A DNA stretch of 64,000 bases from NCBI GenBank assembly GCA_044238145.1, contig JBIIDT010000002.1, positions 15,719 through 79,718 on the forward strand. Reading direction: 5' to 3'. A model generated the notes under the pieces. The model was not told the origin of the DNA. It did not search any database and saw only the letters and a list, made by a program, of their open reading frames with translations. Below are positions 7,749 to 18,303 of the stretch, one piece after another. Source of the stretch: Pirellulales bacterium (GTDB lineage: Bacteria > Planctomycetota > Planctomycetia > Pirellulales > UBA1268). The position numbers and the translations under genes are program-made. Position 1 is the stretch's first letter. The number at the start of each line of letters is the position of its first letter.

Positions 7749-9473
7749 ATGGATCGGCTCGTTCGCCCGTCGTTTCGCCGGGGCGTCGCCCGTCGCCCGC
7801 TCGTCGCCCCCGAGGCCCTCGAACGCCGGGCCGTCCTCTCCGTCGCCCCGCTGGCGACGCCGCTGGACGAACCGGTCCTGCCGACGGCCCTGCCCAACGA
7901 CCCGTCGTTCGCCTCCCAGTGGAGCCTCGAGAACTCGGGCCAGACCGGCGGCACGCCCGGCGTCGACATCAACGCCGAGCGGGCCTGGGACCTGTCCACC
8001 GGGTCGCGGAGCGTGGTCGTCGCCGTGATCGACTCCGGCATCGACCTGACGCACCCCGACCTGCTGCCGAACCTGTGGAGAAACCCCGGCGAGATCGCCG
8101 GCAACGGTGTCGACGACGACCACAACGGCTTCGTGGACGACGTCCACGGCTGGGACTTCATCGACAACGACGGCGTGCCGCAGGACGGCTACGGCCACGG
8201 CACGCACGTGGCCGGGATCATCGGGGCGGTCGGCAACGACGGCTTCGGCGTCTCGGGGGTGTCGTGGCAGGTGTCGCTGATGGTGCTGCGGATCCAGAAC
8301 GATTCCGGTGTCGGCTCCACCAACGCCCTGCTGGGCGCCATCCAGTACGCCACGATGATGCGGCGGGACTTCGGCGTGAACGTGGTCGTGACCAACAACA
8401 GTTGGGAGGTCGGCGGCTACTCCGCCACGCTCGAGGGCCTCGTCCGCGAGCAGGCCGCCGCCGGGATCACGTTCGTGGCGGCCGCCGGCAACCACGGCAC
8501 CGACAACGACGTCACGCCGCGGTACCCCGGCAACTTCGCCCTGCCCAACGTGATCTCGGTGGCGTCGCTGACGGCCACCGGCACGCTGGCCGGCAGTTCC
8601 GACTACGGGGCCACGACGGTCGACATCGCCGCCCCCGGCACGCTCGTCCTCTCGACCTGGAAGGGGGGCGGCCACGTCGCCCTCTCGGGCACGTCGATGG
8701 CGGCCCCGCAGGTCTCGGGCGTCGTGGCCCTGCTCGCTGCGGCCAAGCCGGGGATCACGGTCGCCGAGGTGCGGGCGGCGATCCTCGGCACGGCGGTGCC
8801 CCTGCCCGCCCTCGCCGGCAAGGTCGCCAGCGGCGGGCGACTCGACGCCTTCGCGGCTCTGGCCTCGCTCGGCGTCGCAGCAGCGCCGGTGCCCCCGCCG
8901 ACAGTCGCTCCGCTGCCGCCAGCCCCGCCGCCGGTCGTCGTGCCGCCGGTCGTCGCGCCGGCCGCGACGCTCCCCTTCTTCGACGGCTTCGACGGCACGG
9001 GCCAGCTGGCCTCGGGCTGGGGCGTGCAGGCCGGGGGGTTCACGCTCTCCGGTGGCGCGGCGGTGGCGGGCAGCAGTGGCGTGTCGATCGCCACGCTCCG
9101 CGGCGCCACCGTGGCCGACTCGGTGCAGCGGGCGGTGGTGAACCTGCGGAAGGGCCGCAGCATCGGGCTCGTGGCCCGCTACGCGGGGCCCGGCGACCAG
9201 TCGATGTACGTCGCGCAACTGGCCCGCGTCGGCAGCGGCTACAAGGTTCAGATCCTCCGGCAGACCGGCGGCGTGTGGACGCTGCTGGCGAAGCACCGCG
9301 TCTCGAGCGGCCGCGGCGAACTGCGGTTCGACGTGATCGGCAGCCAGCTCACGGCTCGCTTCAACGGTCGCATCGTGGCCCAGGCCGTCGATGGCCAGAT
9401 CACGGCGGCGGGGAGTGTCGGGCTTCGCGCGGAGGGGCTCGGCGTTCGCGCCGAAACCTTTGCGGCGTCATGA
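7749..9473 (+). CDS. Subtilisin-like S8 serine protease with planctomycete leader and C-terminal beta-rich domain
   Basis: Triad motifs VIDSG, HGTHVAG, SGTSMAAP; N-terminal EALERRAVLS (LEPRxLL-like); Pro-rich linker. Confidence 0.9.
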   Translation: MDRLVRPSFRRGVARRPLVAPEALERRAVLSVAPLATPLDEPVLPTALPNDPSFASQWSLENSGQTGGTPGVDINAERAWDLSTGSRSVVVAVIDSGIDLTHPDLLPNLWRNPGEIAGNGVDDDHNGFVDDVHGWDFIDNDGVPQDGYGHGTHVAGIIGAVGNDGFGVSGVSWQVSLMVLRIQNDSGVGSTNALLGAIQYATMMRRDFGVNVVVTNNSWEVGGYSATLEGLVREQAAAGITFVAAAGNHGTDNDVTPRYPGNFALPNVISVASLTATGTLAGSSDYGATTVDIAAPGTLVLSTWKGGGHVALSGTSMAAPQVSGVVALLAAAKPGITVAEVRAAILGTAVPLPALAGKVASGGRLDAFAALASLGVAAAPVPPPTVAPLPPAPPPVVVPPVVAPAATLPFFDGFDGTGQLASGWGVQAGGFTLSGGAAVAGSSGVSIATLRGATVADSVQRAVVNLRKGRSIGLVARYAGPGDQSMYVAQLARVGSGYKVQILRQTGGVWTLLAKHRVSSGRGELRFDVIGSQLTARFNGRIVAQAVDGQITAAGSVGLRAEGLGVRAETFAAS

Positions 9474-9505
9474 CGATCGACGAAAACGCAGCCGGAAAAT
9501 CTTGC

Positions 9506-9533
9506 TTGCGTTCCCCAGGTTGCCCAATATAAT
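9506..9533 (+). promoter_or_regulatory. Sigma70-type promoter
   Basis: TTGCGT-16 nt-TATAAT; a perfect -10 box is rare at this GC content. Confidence 0.65.
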
Positions 9534-9539
9534 CCGGTC

Positions 9540-9711
9540 GTTCGGCGATGCCGGTCGCGGCAAAATCGCGATTTCACCGCCGAATTTGACGGAAAAACTG
9601 ACGGAAGACGAGTCGAGGGGCAATTCGGGGCCGCGTGCCACCGAAAGGTCCGTCGCAGCGTAAGCCGGCGAGAGAGAACGCCTTCGGGCGGTCTTTCCCG
9701 CCGGCTTTTTT
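9540..9711 (+). ncRNA. Candidate structured leader / sRNA upstream of DUF2294-csrA operon
   Basis: 5' hairpin (ttcggcg/cgccgaa), two ACGGAA, ACC-GAAA-GGT tetraloop, terminator at the 3' end. Confidence 0.5.
9662..9711 (+). terminator. Intrinsic terminator / attenuator in leader
   Basis: aagccggcg...cgcc-TTCG-ggcg...cgccggc followed by TTTTTT, 40 nt before the next start codon. Confidence 0.75.
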
Positions 9712-9750
9712 CGTTGGCACACACGACCTTCCCAAACACGGCGACAACCG

Positions 9751-10221
9751 ATGACCAAACCCTGCGACGAACGTCTGGCCCGCCAGGTGGCGCACGCGGC
9801 CGGCACCTTCGAGCACGTGCTGCTCGGCCGGGCCCCCACGAGCGTGACCGTGGTGGCGCAGGACGGTTGGATGGTGGTCAGCCTGCACGCGCCGTTCTCG
9901 ACCTTCGAGCGGCGGCTCGCCGCCGACCCGCTGGGTTCGGATCGCGTCCGGGATTTTCACCAGCACCTCTTCGACCGCTCGCTCGACTCGCTCGTCGGGC
10001 ACGTGCAGCGGAGCACGGGCGTGACGCTCGCGGGCGCGATCGCCCATGTCGACACGGCCGGCGGCAGCGTGCTCAAGACGTTCACGACCGCCGCCGCGGT
10101 CGACCTGTTCCTGTTGGGCCGTGGGCTGCCGGCGCTCGGCGTGCCGGTCAACGCCCACCTGCAGGGGACGGCCCTGCAACGATGCGGGATGGCGGGTGGC
10201 AATGGAGCCGCCCGTCGGTGA
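9751..10221 (+). CDS. Divergent DUF2294 / MpsC-like protein
   Basis: LARQVAHAAGTFEHVLLGRAPTSVTV...LHAPFSTFERRLA...VQRSTGV parallels the DUF2294 pattern. Confidence 0.65.
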   Translation: MTKPCDERLARQVAHAAGTFEHVLLGRAPTSVTVVAQDGWMVVSLHAPFSTFERRLAADPLGSDRVRDFHQHLFDRSLDSLVGHVQRSTGVTLAGAIAHVDTAGGSVLKTFTTAAAVDLFLLGRGLPALGVPVNAHLQGTALQRCGMAGGNGAARR

Positions 10222-10266
10222 GGAAACCACGTGGAGGGATCCGCGATCATGAAGAGGGTATGAACC

Positions 10267-10551
<285 letters not shown>

Positions 10552-10553
10552 CG

Positions 10554-11024
10554 ATGAGATCCCAAGGCGAGATCGAGGCCGCCATCTGCGACGGCGTGTC
10601 GCGGTTCGAGCAGGAATACGTCGGCCGGGGGCCGCGGGACATCCGCGCCTACCTGCTCGGCAGCCTGCTCGTCGTGCACCTGCAGGGCGTGCTCACGCCC
10701 GCGGAGCGGCAGCTCGTCGCCCCGCGGTTGGCCGCCGTCGCGGTTGGCGGCGACGGCGGCAACGGGATCGGCCAGGCGAGTGGGAACGGCCAGGCGCACG
10801 GCTTCGGCTACGACAGCGACGGCGGCAACGGGCGGGCGCTGCTCAAGCAGGTGCGGTCGCACGTGGTGGCGCTCGGGCGGCCGCGGTTGCAAGAGATGGT
10901 GGAGTCGGCGACCGGCGTGAAGCTCGTCAGCCTGCACCACGACATCTCGACCGTGACCGGCGAGGAGGTGATCGTCTTCTCCCTGGCCGAGGCCCCCGCC
11001 TGCCGGCCGCGAAAAAAGGCCTGA
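10554..11024 (+). CDS. DUF2294 / MpsC-family protein with Gly/Asn-rich insert
   Basis: MRSQGEIEAAICDGVSRFEQEYVGRGP...HHDISTVTGEEVIVFSL; close paralogue of 6973-7353. Confidence 0.85.
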   Translation: MRSQGEIEAAICDGVSRFEQEYVGRGPRDIRAYLLGSLLVVHLQGVLTPAERQLVAPRLAAVAVGGDGGNGIGQASGNGQAHGFGYDSDGGNGRALLKQVRSHVVALGRPRLQEMVESATGVKLVSLHHDISTVTGEEVIVFSLAEAPACRPRKKA

Positions 11025-11075
11025 ACGTGTGGTAGCATCGGCCGGAAATCACGCTCCCATCGCTCCGGCCGCCCG

Positions 11076-12257
11076 ATGTCCGCCCCCGCGTCCCCCGCTC
11101 CCCGCAGCGCCACCGTCCTGCTCGTCGACGACCAGCCGATCATCGGCGAGGCCGTGCGGCGCATGCTCGCCGGCGAGGAGGGAGTGGCCTTCCACTTCTG
11201 CAAGGACGCCCCAGCCGCCCTCGAGATCGCCGCCGAGATCCGCCCGACGGTGATCCTCCAGGATCTCGTGATGCCGGAGGTCGACGGCCTCGAACTCGTG
11301 CGGCGGTTCCGGGCCGACGAGCGGTTTCGCGACGTGCCCATCATCGTGCTGTCCACCAAGGAGGACCCGGCCGTGAAGGCCGAAGCCTTCGCCCTGGGGG
11401 CCAACGACTACATCGTCAAGCTGCCCGACCGTCTCGAACTCGTGGCCCGCGTCCGCCATCATTCCCGCGGCTACGTGGCCCTCGTCGAGCGGAACGAGGC
11501 CTTCGCGGCCCTCCAGGCCAGCCAGCAGACGCTCGCCAACGACATCGCCACGGCCGCCAGCTACGTGCGGTCGCTGCTGCCGCCGCCGCAGGAGGCGCCG
11601 GTGCGGGCCGACTGGCGGTTCATCCCCTCGGCGGCCCTTGGCGGCGACGCCTTCGGCTACCACGCCCTCGACGCCGAACACTTCGCCGTCTACCTGCTTG
11701 ACGTTTGCGGCCACGGCGTGGGGGCGGCGCTGCTCTCGGTGTCGGCGCTCAACGCGATCCGCAGCGAGGCCCTCGCCCAGACCGACTTTCACGACCCGGG
11801 CGCGGTGCTCGCCGCCCTCAATCGGGCCTTCCCGATGGAGCGGCAGAACGACATGTTCTTCACTGTCTGGTACGGGGTCTACCACCTGCCGTCGCGGACG
11901 CTCCGCTGGGCCGGCGGCGGCCACCCCCCGGCGGTGCTGCTCGCCCCCGGGGGGGCCGCGCCGAAGCTGCTCGATTCCGACGGCCCGCTGATCGGCGCGG
12001 TCGAGGGCCTCGACTTCGACTCCAGCCAGGTGGAGGTGCCGCCCGGCGCCCGGCTGTTCGTGTACAGCGACGGGGCCTTCGAGATCAGCCGCCCGGATGG
12101 CTCGATGTGGGCCTTCGGCGACTTCCTCGCCGCCCTGGCCGCCCCGCCCGCCCTGCCCACGAGCCCGATCGACGCCCTCGTCACCACGATCCGTGGCCTT
12201 TCCCAGCGCGACGACTTCAACGACGATTTTTCGATGCTGGAGCTGGGATTCGGTTGA
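11076..12257 (+). CDS. Response regulator receiver + SpoIIE/PP2C phosphatase
   Basis: LLVDD...QDLVMPEVDG...DYIVK receiver; GGD, DVCGHG, GHPP, YSDG and DDFS PP2C motifs. Confidence 0.9.
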   Translation: MSAPASPAPRSATVLLVDDQPIIGEAVRRMLAGEEGVAFHFCKDAPAALEIAAEIRPTVILQDLVMPEVDGLELVRRFRADERFRDVPIIVLSTKEDPAVKAEAFALGANDYIVKLPDRLELVARVRHHSRGYVALVERNEAFAALQASQQTLANDIATAASYVRSLLPPPQEAPVRADWRFIPSAALGGDAFGYHALDAEHFAVYLLDVCGHGVGAALLSVSALNAIRSEALAQTDFHDPGAVLAALNRAFPMERQNDMFFTVWYGVYHLPSRTLRWAGGGHPPAVLLAPGGAAPKLLDSDGPLIGAVEGLDFDSSQVEVPPGARLFVYSDGAFEISRPDGSMWAFGDFLAALAAPPALPTSPIDALVTTIRGLSQRDDFNDDFSMLELGFG

Positions 12258-12311
12258 TTTCCGGGGAAAACCGCGGAAAGCCCGGGGTCGCGGCCCGCGG
12301 AGCCGTCCGGC

Positions 12312-12339
12312 TTGCATGGCCTATCCGAATCCGTACACT
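12312..12339 (+). promoter_or_regulatory. Sigma70-type promoter of tRNA-tuf operon
   Basis: TTGCAT-16 nt-TACACT just upstream of tRNA-Thr. Confidence 0.55.
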
Positions 12340-12365
12340 TCAGTGTTTCGCGGTTTTGACCGGCC

Positions 12366-12438
12366 GCTAGCGTAGCTCAATTGGCAGAGCAGCTGATTTG
12401 TAATCAGCAGGTTGTGGGTTCAACTCCCGCCGCTAGCT
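12366..12438 (+). tRNA. tRNA-Thr(TGT)
   Basis: Cloverleaf; anticodon arm gctga-tttgtaa-tcagc; CCA not encoded. Confidence 0.95.
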
Positions 12439-12607
12439 CAGCACGACCGCGCCGATTCGGTGACGGTGTCGGGTGGCCGATCGGGCAGGGCGTCGATGCG
12501 TCCGGCTCCGCCGTCCGGGCGGCGTCGTCCGCGCCGGACCGAACGCGACAGCCGACCCGAGTCCACGACGACACACGAAGCGAACTTCAGGAGCACACAC
12601 GACACCA

Positions 12608-12689
12608 GGGGAGTTTCCCGAGCGGTCAAAGGGGTCAGACTGTAAATCTGATGGCTATGCCTTCGCAGGTTCGAATCCTGCACTCCCCA
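12608..12689 (+). tRNA. tRNA-Tyr(GTA)
   Basis: tcaga-ctgtaaa-tctga anticodon arm, long variable arm, GGTTCGAATCC. Confidence 0.95.
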
Positions 12690-12746
12690 GTCTCATCCCT
12701 GCCCGGCCACAAGCGGTCGTGGCACGCGATGGGCGACACGCGACCC

Positions 12747-12817
12747 GCGGGTGTAGCTCAATGGTAGAGCAATAGCCTTCCAAGCTAAAGACGAGGGTTC
12801 GATTCCCTCTACCCGCT
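12747..12817 (+). tRNA. tRNA-Gly(TCC)
   Basis: tagc-cttccaa-gcta anticodon arm; gcgggtg/tacccgc acceptor stem. Confidence 0.95.
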
Positions 12818-12912
12818 TCGAACACCCGCACACAGACGATTCACCGGCCCACGCACACGAGACCCCGACCCATCCACCCACAACCCATGACCGCGGCATC
12901 CGCAAGCAACTC

Positions 12913-12985
<73 letters not shown>

Positions 12986-13063
12986 CTTCCACGAGCCCGG
13001 AGGGGCTCGCGGGCGACGACGAACAGTTCGGTTTTCACTTCCGAGGAGAAAGTAGGAGAAAGC

Positions 13064-14263
<1,200 letters not shown>

Positions 14264-14341
14264 CCAAGGAGGCCGGGCTCCGGCCCGGTGGACAGGAAAC
14301 ACGGTGCCGGGCTGCGGGTGATCCCGCAGCCCGGCCACCAC

Positions 14342-14414
14342 AGGGGCGTAGCTCAACTGGCAGAGCGCTGGTCTCCAAAACCAGAGGTTGCGAGTTCGAT
14401 CCCCGCCGCCCCTG
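14342..14414 (+). tRNA. tRNA-Trp(CCA)
   Basis: ctggt-ctccaaa-accag anticodon arm; usual position between tuf and secE. Confidence 0.93.
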
Positions 14415-14463
14415 CAGGCAGCCACCGCCCAGGGCGGAACGCGGACGGGACAATCAGGAAACC

Positions 14464-14937
14464 ATGGCCGGCATCTCCGAAAACTCGACGACCCGCGGCA
14501 GCCTGCTGGGCGAGCTGTTCAGTGCCGCCGTCTACAAGCGGAATCAGGGCCGGATCGCCCGGCAGCTGACGTTCGTGGCGCTGGCGCTGGTGATCGGGAT
14601 CGGCGTCTGGCGGCTGTCCCAGCTGCTCGCGGTGCTCTCCGGCGGTGCGGTCGGGCTCGGGGGCGGGGCCGACTACGGCCTCGTCCGCTTCGTGCTTCCG
14701 GCCGTGCTCCTGGCGCTCGGCCTGTGGGTGGCCTACCGGATCGTCAACGTGCCCTGGTTCGCCGACTTCCTCATCGCCGTCGAATCGGAGATGACGAAGG
14801 TGTCCTGGCCCTCGGGGGACGAGGTCTTTCGCAGTTCCGCCGTCATCATCTTCCTGATCTTCGCCCTGGCGGCGATCCTGGCTGGTTACGATCTGTTCTG
14901 GTGGTTCGTGCTCCGTAACGGGCTCGGCATCGGCTAG
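14464..14937 (+). CDS. secE: Preprotein translocase subunit SecE
   Basis: FLIAVESEMTKVSWPS motif, three hydrophobic segments, synteny. Confidence 0.92.
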   Translation: MAGISENSTTRGSLLGELFSAAVYKRNQGRIARQLTFVALALVIGIGVWRLSQLLAVLSGGAVGLGGGADYGLVRFVLPAVLLALGLWVAYRIVNVPWFADFLIAVESEMTKVSWPSGDEVFRSSAVIIFLIFALAAILAGYDLFWWFVLRNGLGIG

Positions 14938-14981
14938 GCCCCCGGCGATCGCTTCCCCTTTTCCTGCACCATCCGATCCCC

Positions 14982-15728
14982 ATGACATCCCAGCTTCCCG
15001 ACGATGCCGACGCCGTGTCGGACGAGCTCGCGGCCGCGGCGCGGTCCGCCGAGACGGCTCCGGCCGCACCGGTCGCCCCGGCGGCGGACGAGGACGACGA
15101 CGACGGCACTCCAGCCGAACTCGCCGACCCGTTCGCTGGCGACGAAAACGCCAAGCCGGTCGAGCTGGCCGGGGAGGAAGAGGCCGCCCCGGTCGGTGAC
15201 CGGCAGTGGTACATCCTCAAGGTGCAGAGCAACCGCGAGGACTCGATCCGCGAGGCGCTGCTGCGGCGGATCTCCCTGCAGGGCATGAACCGGTATTTCG
15301 GCGAGGTGGTGGTGCCGAAGGAGCAGGTCACGGAGTTCAAGGGAGGCAAGAAGAAGGTCGTCTCCCGCAAGCTCTATCCCGGCTACATCCTCGTCAACAT
15401 GATCCTCAACGACGAGACGTGGTATCTCGTTCGCGAGACCGGTGGCATCGGCGACTTCACCGGCTCGGGCGGCCGTCCGAGCCCGATGCTGCCGCAGGAC
15501 GTCGCCAAGCTCCTCCACAAGGCCGAGGAGAAGGAGGCCGAGGCGCCACGCCTGAAGATCAACTTCAAGAAGGGCGACCGCGTGAAGATCAACGAGGGCA
15601 CCTTCGAGAACTTCGAGGGCGAGGTCGACGCGATCGACGAGGCGAACGGGCGGGTGACGGTGATGCTCAGCATCTTCGGCCGCTCCACGCCGGTGGACAT
15701 CGAGTATTGGCAGATCGAATCGGTCTGA
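14982..15728 (+). CDS. nusG: Transcription termination/antitermination factor NusG (acidic N-terminal extension)
   Basis: WYILKV, KLYPGYILV, KOW GDRVKINEGTFENFEG, IFGRSTPV. Confidence 0.97.
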   Translation: MTSQLPDDADAVSDELAAAARSAETAPAAPVAPAADEDDDDGTPAELADPFAGDENAKPVELAGEEEAAPVGDRQWYILKVQSNREDSIREALLRRISLQGMNRYFGEVVVPKEQVTEFKGGKKKVVSRKLYPGYILVNMILNDETWYLVRETGGIGDFTGSGGRPSPMLPQDVAKLLHKAEEKEAEAPRLKINFKKGDRVKINEGTFENFEGEVDAIDEANGRVTVMLSIFGRSTPVDIEYWQIESV

Positions 15729-15780
15729 GCGACCGCACGGAATCAATCCCAGGGCAGGCTGAAGAAAGGGCGACGAGGCG

Positions 15781-16206
15781 ATGGCGAAGCAGGTGGTCGG
15801 TCAGGCGAAGTTCCAGGTTCCCGGTGGCCAGGCCACGCCGGCCCCGCCGGTGGGCACGTCGCTCGGTCGTTTCGGCATCAACCTCGGGCAGTTCGTGCAG
15901 CAGTTCAACGACCGCACCCGCGAGGCGGCCGGGATGCCGATCCCCGTCGTGGTCACGGTCTACAACGATCGCTCCTTCGAGTTCATCACCAAGAGCCCGC
16001 CGGCGGCGGCCCTCCTCAAGAAGGCGGCCGGCCTGGCGAAGGGCTCCGGCGTGCCCAACAAGGACAAGGTCGGCAAGGTGACCAAGGCCCAGCTCGACGA
16101 GATCGTCCGCCTCAAGGGGGCCGACCTCAACGCCCGCGACGGCGAGCACGCCCGGCGGATGGTCGAGGGAACGGCCCGCAGCATGGGGATCACAGTCGAA
16201 GGTTGA
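15781..16206 (+). CDS. rplK: 50S ribosomal protein L11
   Basis: [28 protein letters not shown]. Confidence 0.98.
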   Translation: MAKQVVGQAKFQVPGGQATPAPPVGTSLGRFGINLGQFVQQFNDRTREAAGMPIPVVVTVYNDRSFEFITKSPPAAALLKKAAGLAKGSGVPNKDKVGKVTKAQLDEIVRLKGADLNARDGEHARRMVEGTARSMGITVEG

Positions 16207-16265
16207 TTCGCGACCCCGCTTCCAGCACACTCATTTTCCCGTACCCGCACCCTCCTCCTCCAGTC

Positions 16266-16946
16266 ATGGCCACCACCAAACGTCTCCGTGCGGCCCACGC
16301 CGCCAAGCCGAAGTCCGAAGCCCCCCTGCCCCTCGCCGAGGCGGTGGAGGTGCTGAAGAAGTTCCCGCCGACCAAGTTCGACCAGACCGTCGAGATCCAC
16401 ATCCGGCTGGGCATCGACCCCAAGCAGGCCGACCAGATCATCCGCGGCTCGCTCGTGCTGCCCCACGGGATCGGCAAGTCGAAGCGAGTGGTGGTGTTCG
16501 CCAAGGGCAACCTCGCCGATGACGCGAAGGCCGCCGGGGCCGAGGAGGTCGGTGCCGACGAGCTGGCCAAGAAGATCAAGGACGGCTGGACCGACTTCGA
16601 CGTGTGCATCGCCGCCCCCGACATGATGGGCCTGGTGGGCCCGCTGGGGAAGGTGCTCGGGCCCCGGGGCCTGATGCCCAGCCCGCGTGCCGGCACGGTG
16701 ACCGCCGACATCAAGAAGACGGTCGGCGAGTACAAGGCCGGCAAGGTGGAGTTTCGCAACGACCCCACCGGCATCGTGCACGCGGTCGTCGGGAAGGCGA
16801 GCTTCGACCACGCCAAGCTCGTCGATAACATCCGCGCGTTCATCGACCACATCGTCTCCATGCAGCCCGCGAGCGTCCGCGGGCAGTACGTGAAGAGCAT
16901 CTCGATCTCGGCGACGATGAGTCCCGGCGTGATGGTCGCCGCCTGA
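16266..16946 (+). CDS. rplA: 50S ribosomal protein L1
   Basis: [36 protein letters not shown]. Confidence 0.98.
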   Translation: MATTKRLRAAHAAKPKSEAPLPLAEAVEVLKKFPPTKFDQTVEIHIRLGIDPKQADQIIRGSLVLPHGIGKSKRVVVFAKGNLADDAKAAGAEEVGADELAKKIKDGWTDFDVCIAAPDMMGLVGPLGKVLGPRGLMPSPRAGTVTADIKKTVGEYKAGKVEFRNDPTGIVHAVVGKASFDHAKLVDNIRAFIDHIVSMQPASVRGQYVKSISISATMSPGVMVAA

Positions 16947-16977
16947 CGCCTCCCCGCAGCCACGAAGGCCCGCCCCC

Positions 16978-17526
16978 ATGAGCAAGCAAATCAAGAGCAT
17001 GCTGGTCGACGACCTGAAGAGCCGCCTGAACGGCGTCGGCGAACTGATCGTCGTGAGCCTCGGCAAGCTCGACGCCCAGAAGACCACCCAGCTCAGGCAG
17101 ACCCTGCGGAAGAAGAAGATCAGCCTGCAGCTGGTCAAGAACAGCCTCGCCCGGATGGCGACCCAGAACACGCCGCTGGCCCCCGCCTTCGAGAAGGCCG
17201 AGGGGATGCTGGCGATCGCCTGGGGTGGCGAGGACGTCGTCGACCTGGCCAAGGAACTCGACCGCCTCACGGGCGTCAAGGACTTCGAGGGCTTGGAGTG
17301 CCGCGGGGGCGCCCTCGACGGCGCCCGGCTCGACTCGGCCGACGTCAAGAAGGTGGCCAAGTGGCCCACGCGGACGGAGCAACTCTCGCTCCTCTCCGGG
17401 CAGATCTCGTCGCTGGCCGGCACGCTGGCCGGGCAGATCCTCTCGGCCGGCGGCGGCCTGGCCGGACAGATCGCCTCCCGGGTCGAGACCCTGGAGAAGG
17501 CCGGCGGCGAGGCTCCTGCGGCCTGA
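16978..17526 (+). CDS. rplJ: 50S ribosomal protein L10
   Basis: LRQTLR...[15 protein letters not shown]; synteny. Confidence 0.95.
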   Translation: MSKQIKSMLVDDLKSRLNGVGELIVVSLGKLDAQKTTQLRQTLRKKKISLQLVKNSLARMATQNTPLAPAFEKAEGMLAIAWGGEDVVDLAKELDRLTGVKDFEGLECRGGALDGARLDSADVKKVAKWPTRTEQLSLLSGQISSLAGTLAGQILSAGGGLAGQIASRVETLEKAGGEAPAA

Positions 17527-17629
17527 CGCCCCGCCAAATCCCCGATTTTCCCGGGCGGGCTTCCCGCCGCCCGGGTTCATGGTAAGACAATAGGCTCCCT
17601 CCGTTTTCGAATTGAAAGGATCCAGAGCG

Positions 17630-18055
17630 ATGGCAACGGCTGAAGCGACCCGCGAGTTCTCCAAGGAAACGAAGGAGCTCGGCGACAAGATCGTCGGGCT
17701 CACCCTCAAGGCTGCCAAGGAGCTGTCGGACTACCTCGACGAAGTCCACGGCATCAAGCCCGCCGCGGGCGGCGCGGTCATGATGGCGGCCCCGGCCGGC
17801 GGCGCTGGTGGCGCGGCGGGCGGTGGCGAGGCCGCGGCCGAGAAGACGGAGTTCGACGTCGTGCTCGACGCCTTCGGCGACAACAAGATCGGTGTCATCA
17901 AGGTCGTCCGTGCGGCGACCGGCCTGGGCCTCAAGGAGGCCAAGGACATGGTCGAGGGCGCTCCCGCCAAGGTGAAGGAGGGCATCTCGAAGGCCGACGC
18001 CGAGAAGCTGAAGAAGGAGCTGGAGGAGGCCGGCGCCAAGGTCTCGATCAAGTAA
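17630..18055 (+). CDS. rplL: 50S ribosomal protein L7/L12
   Basis: [30 protein letters not shown]. Confidence 0.98.
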   Translation: MATAEATREFSKETKELGDKIVGLTLKAAKELSDYLDEVHGIKPAAGGAVMMAAPAGGAGGAAGGGEAAAEKTEFDVVLDAFGDNKIGVIKVVRAATGLGLKEAKDMVEGAPAKVKEGISKADAEKLKKELEEAGAKVSIK

Positions 18056-18303
18056 TTCGCCCGCGTTTTCCCGCTCGTCGGCGGGGAGGTTGGCCTCCCT
18101 GCCGGCGAACGGTATAGTTTTTGCGTGCTGCCTGGTCGTCCCGGTCTCGTCTTGCGCCAGTTCCCCATCCGTTCGTGCTGTTCGTCCCTGCCCGTCCGGC
18201 CGGCGCTCCCCCGCGTCGCGCCACCGTGCGGGCTGAGTGATCGCGGCTGCCTCCCGCGCGGCCGCGTCCGATCGATCCGATCATCCCGAGGAGCTTCCTG
18301 TCA

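Noticed and set aside
9541-9660. Match to fluoride (GGCGATG) or c-di-GMP-I (GGCAAA...GAAA) riboswitch
   Set aside because: Only short words match; the pseudoknot partner and the P2/P3 consensus could not be found. Kept as an unknown leader.
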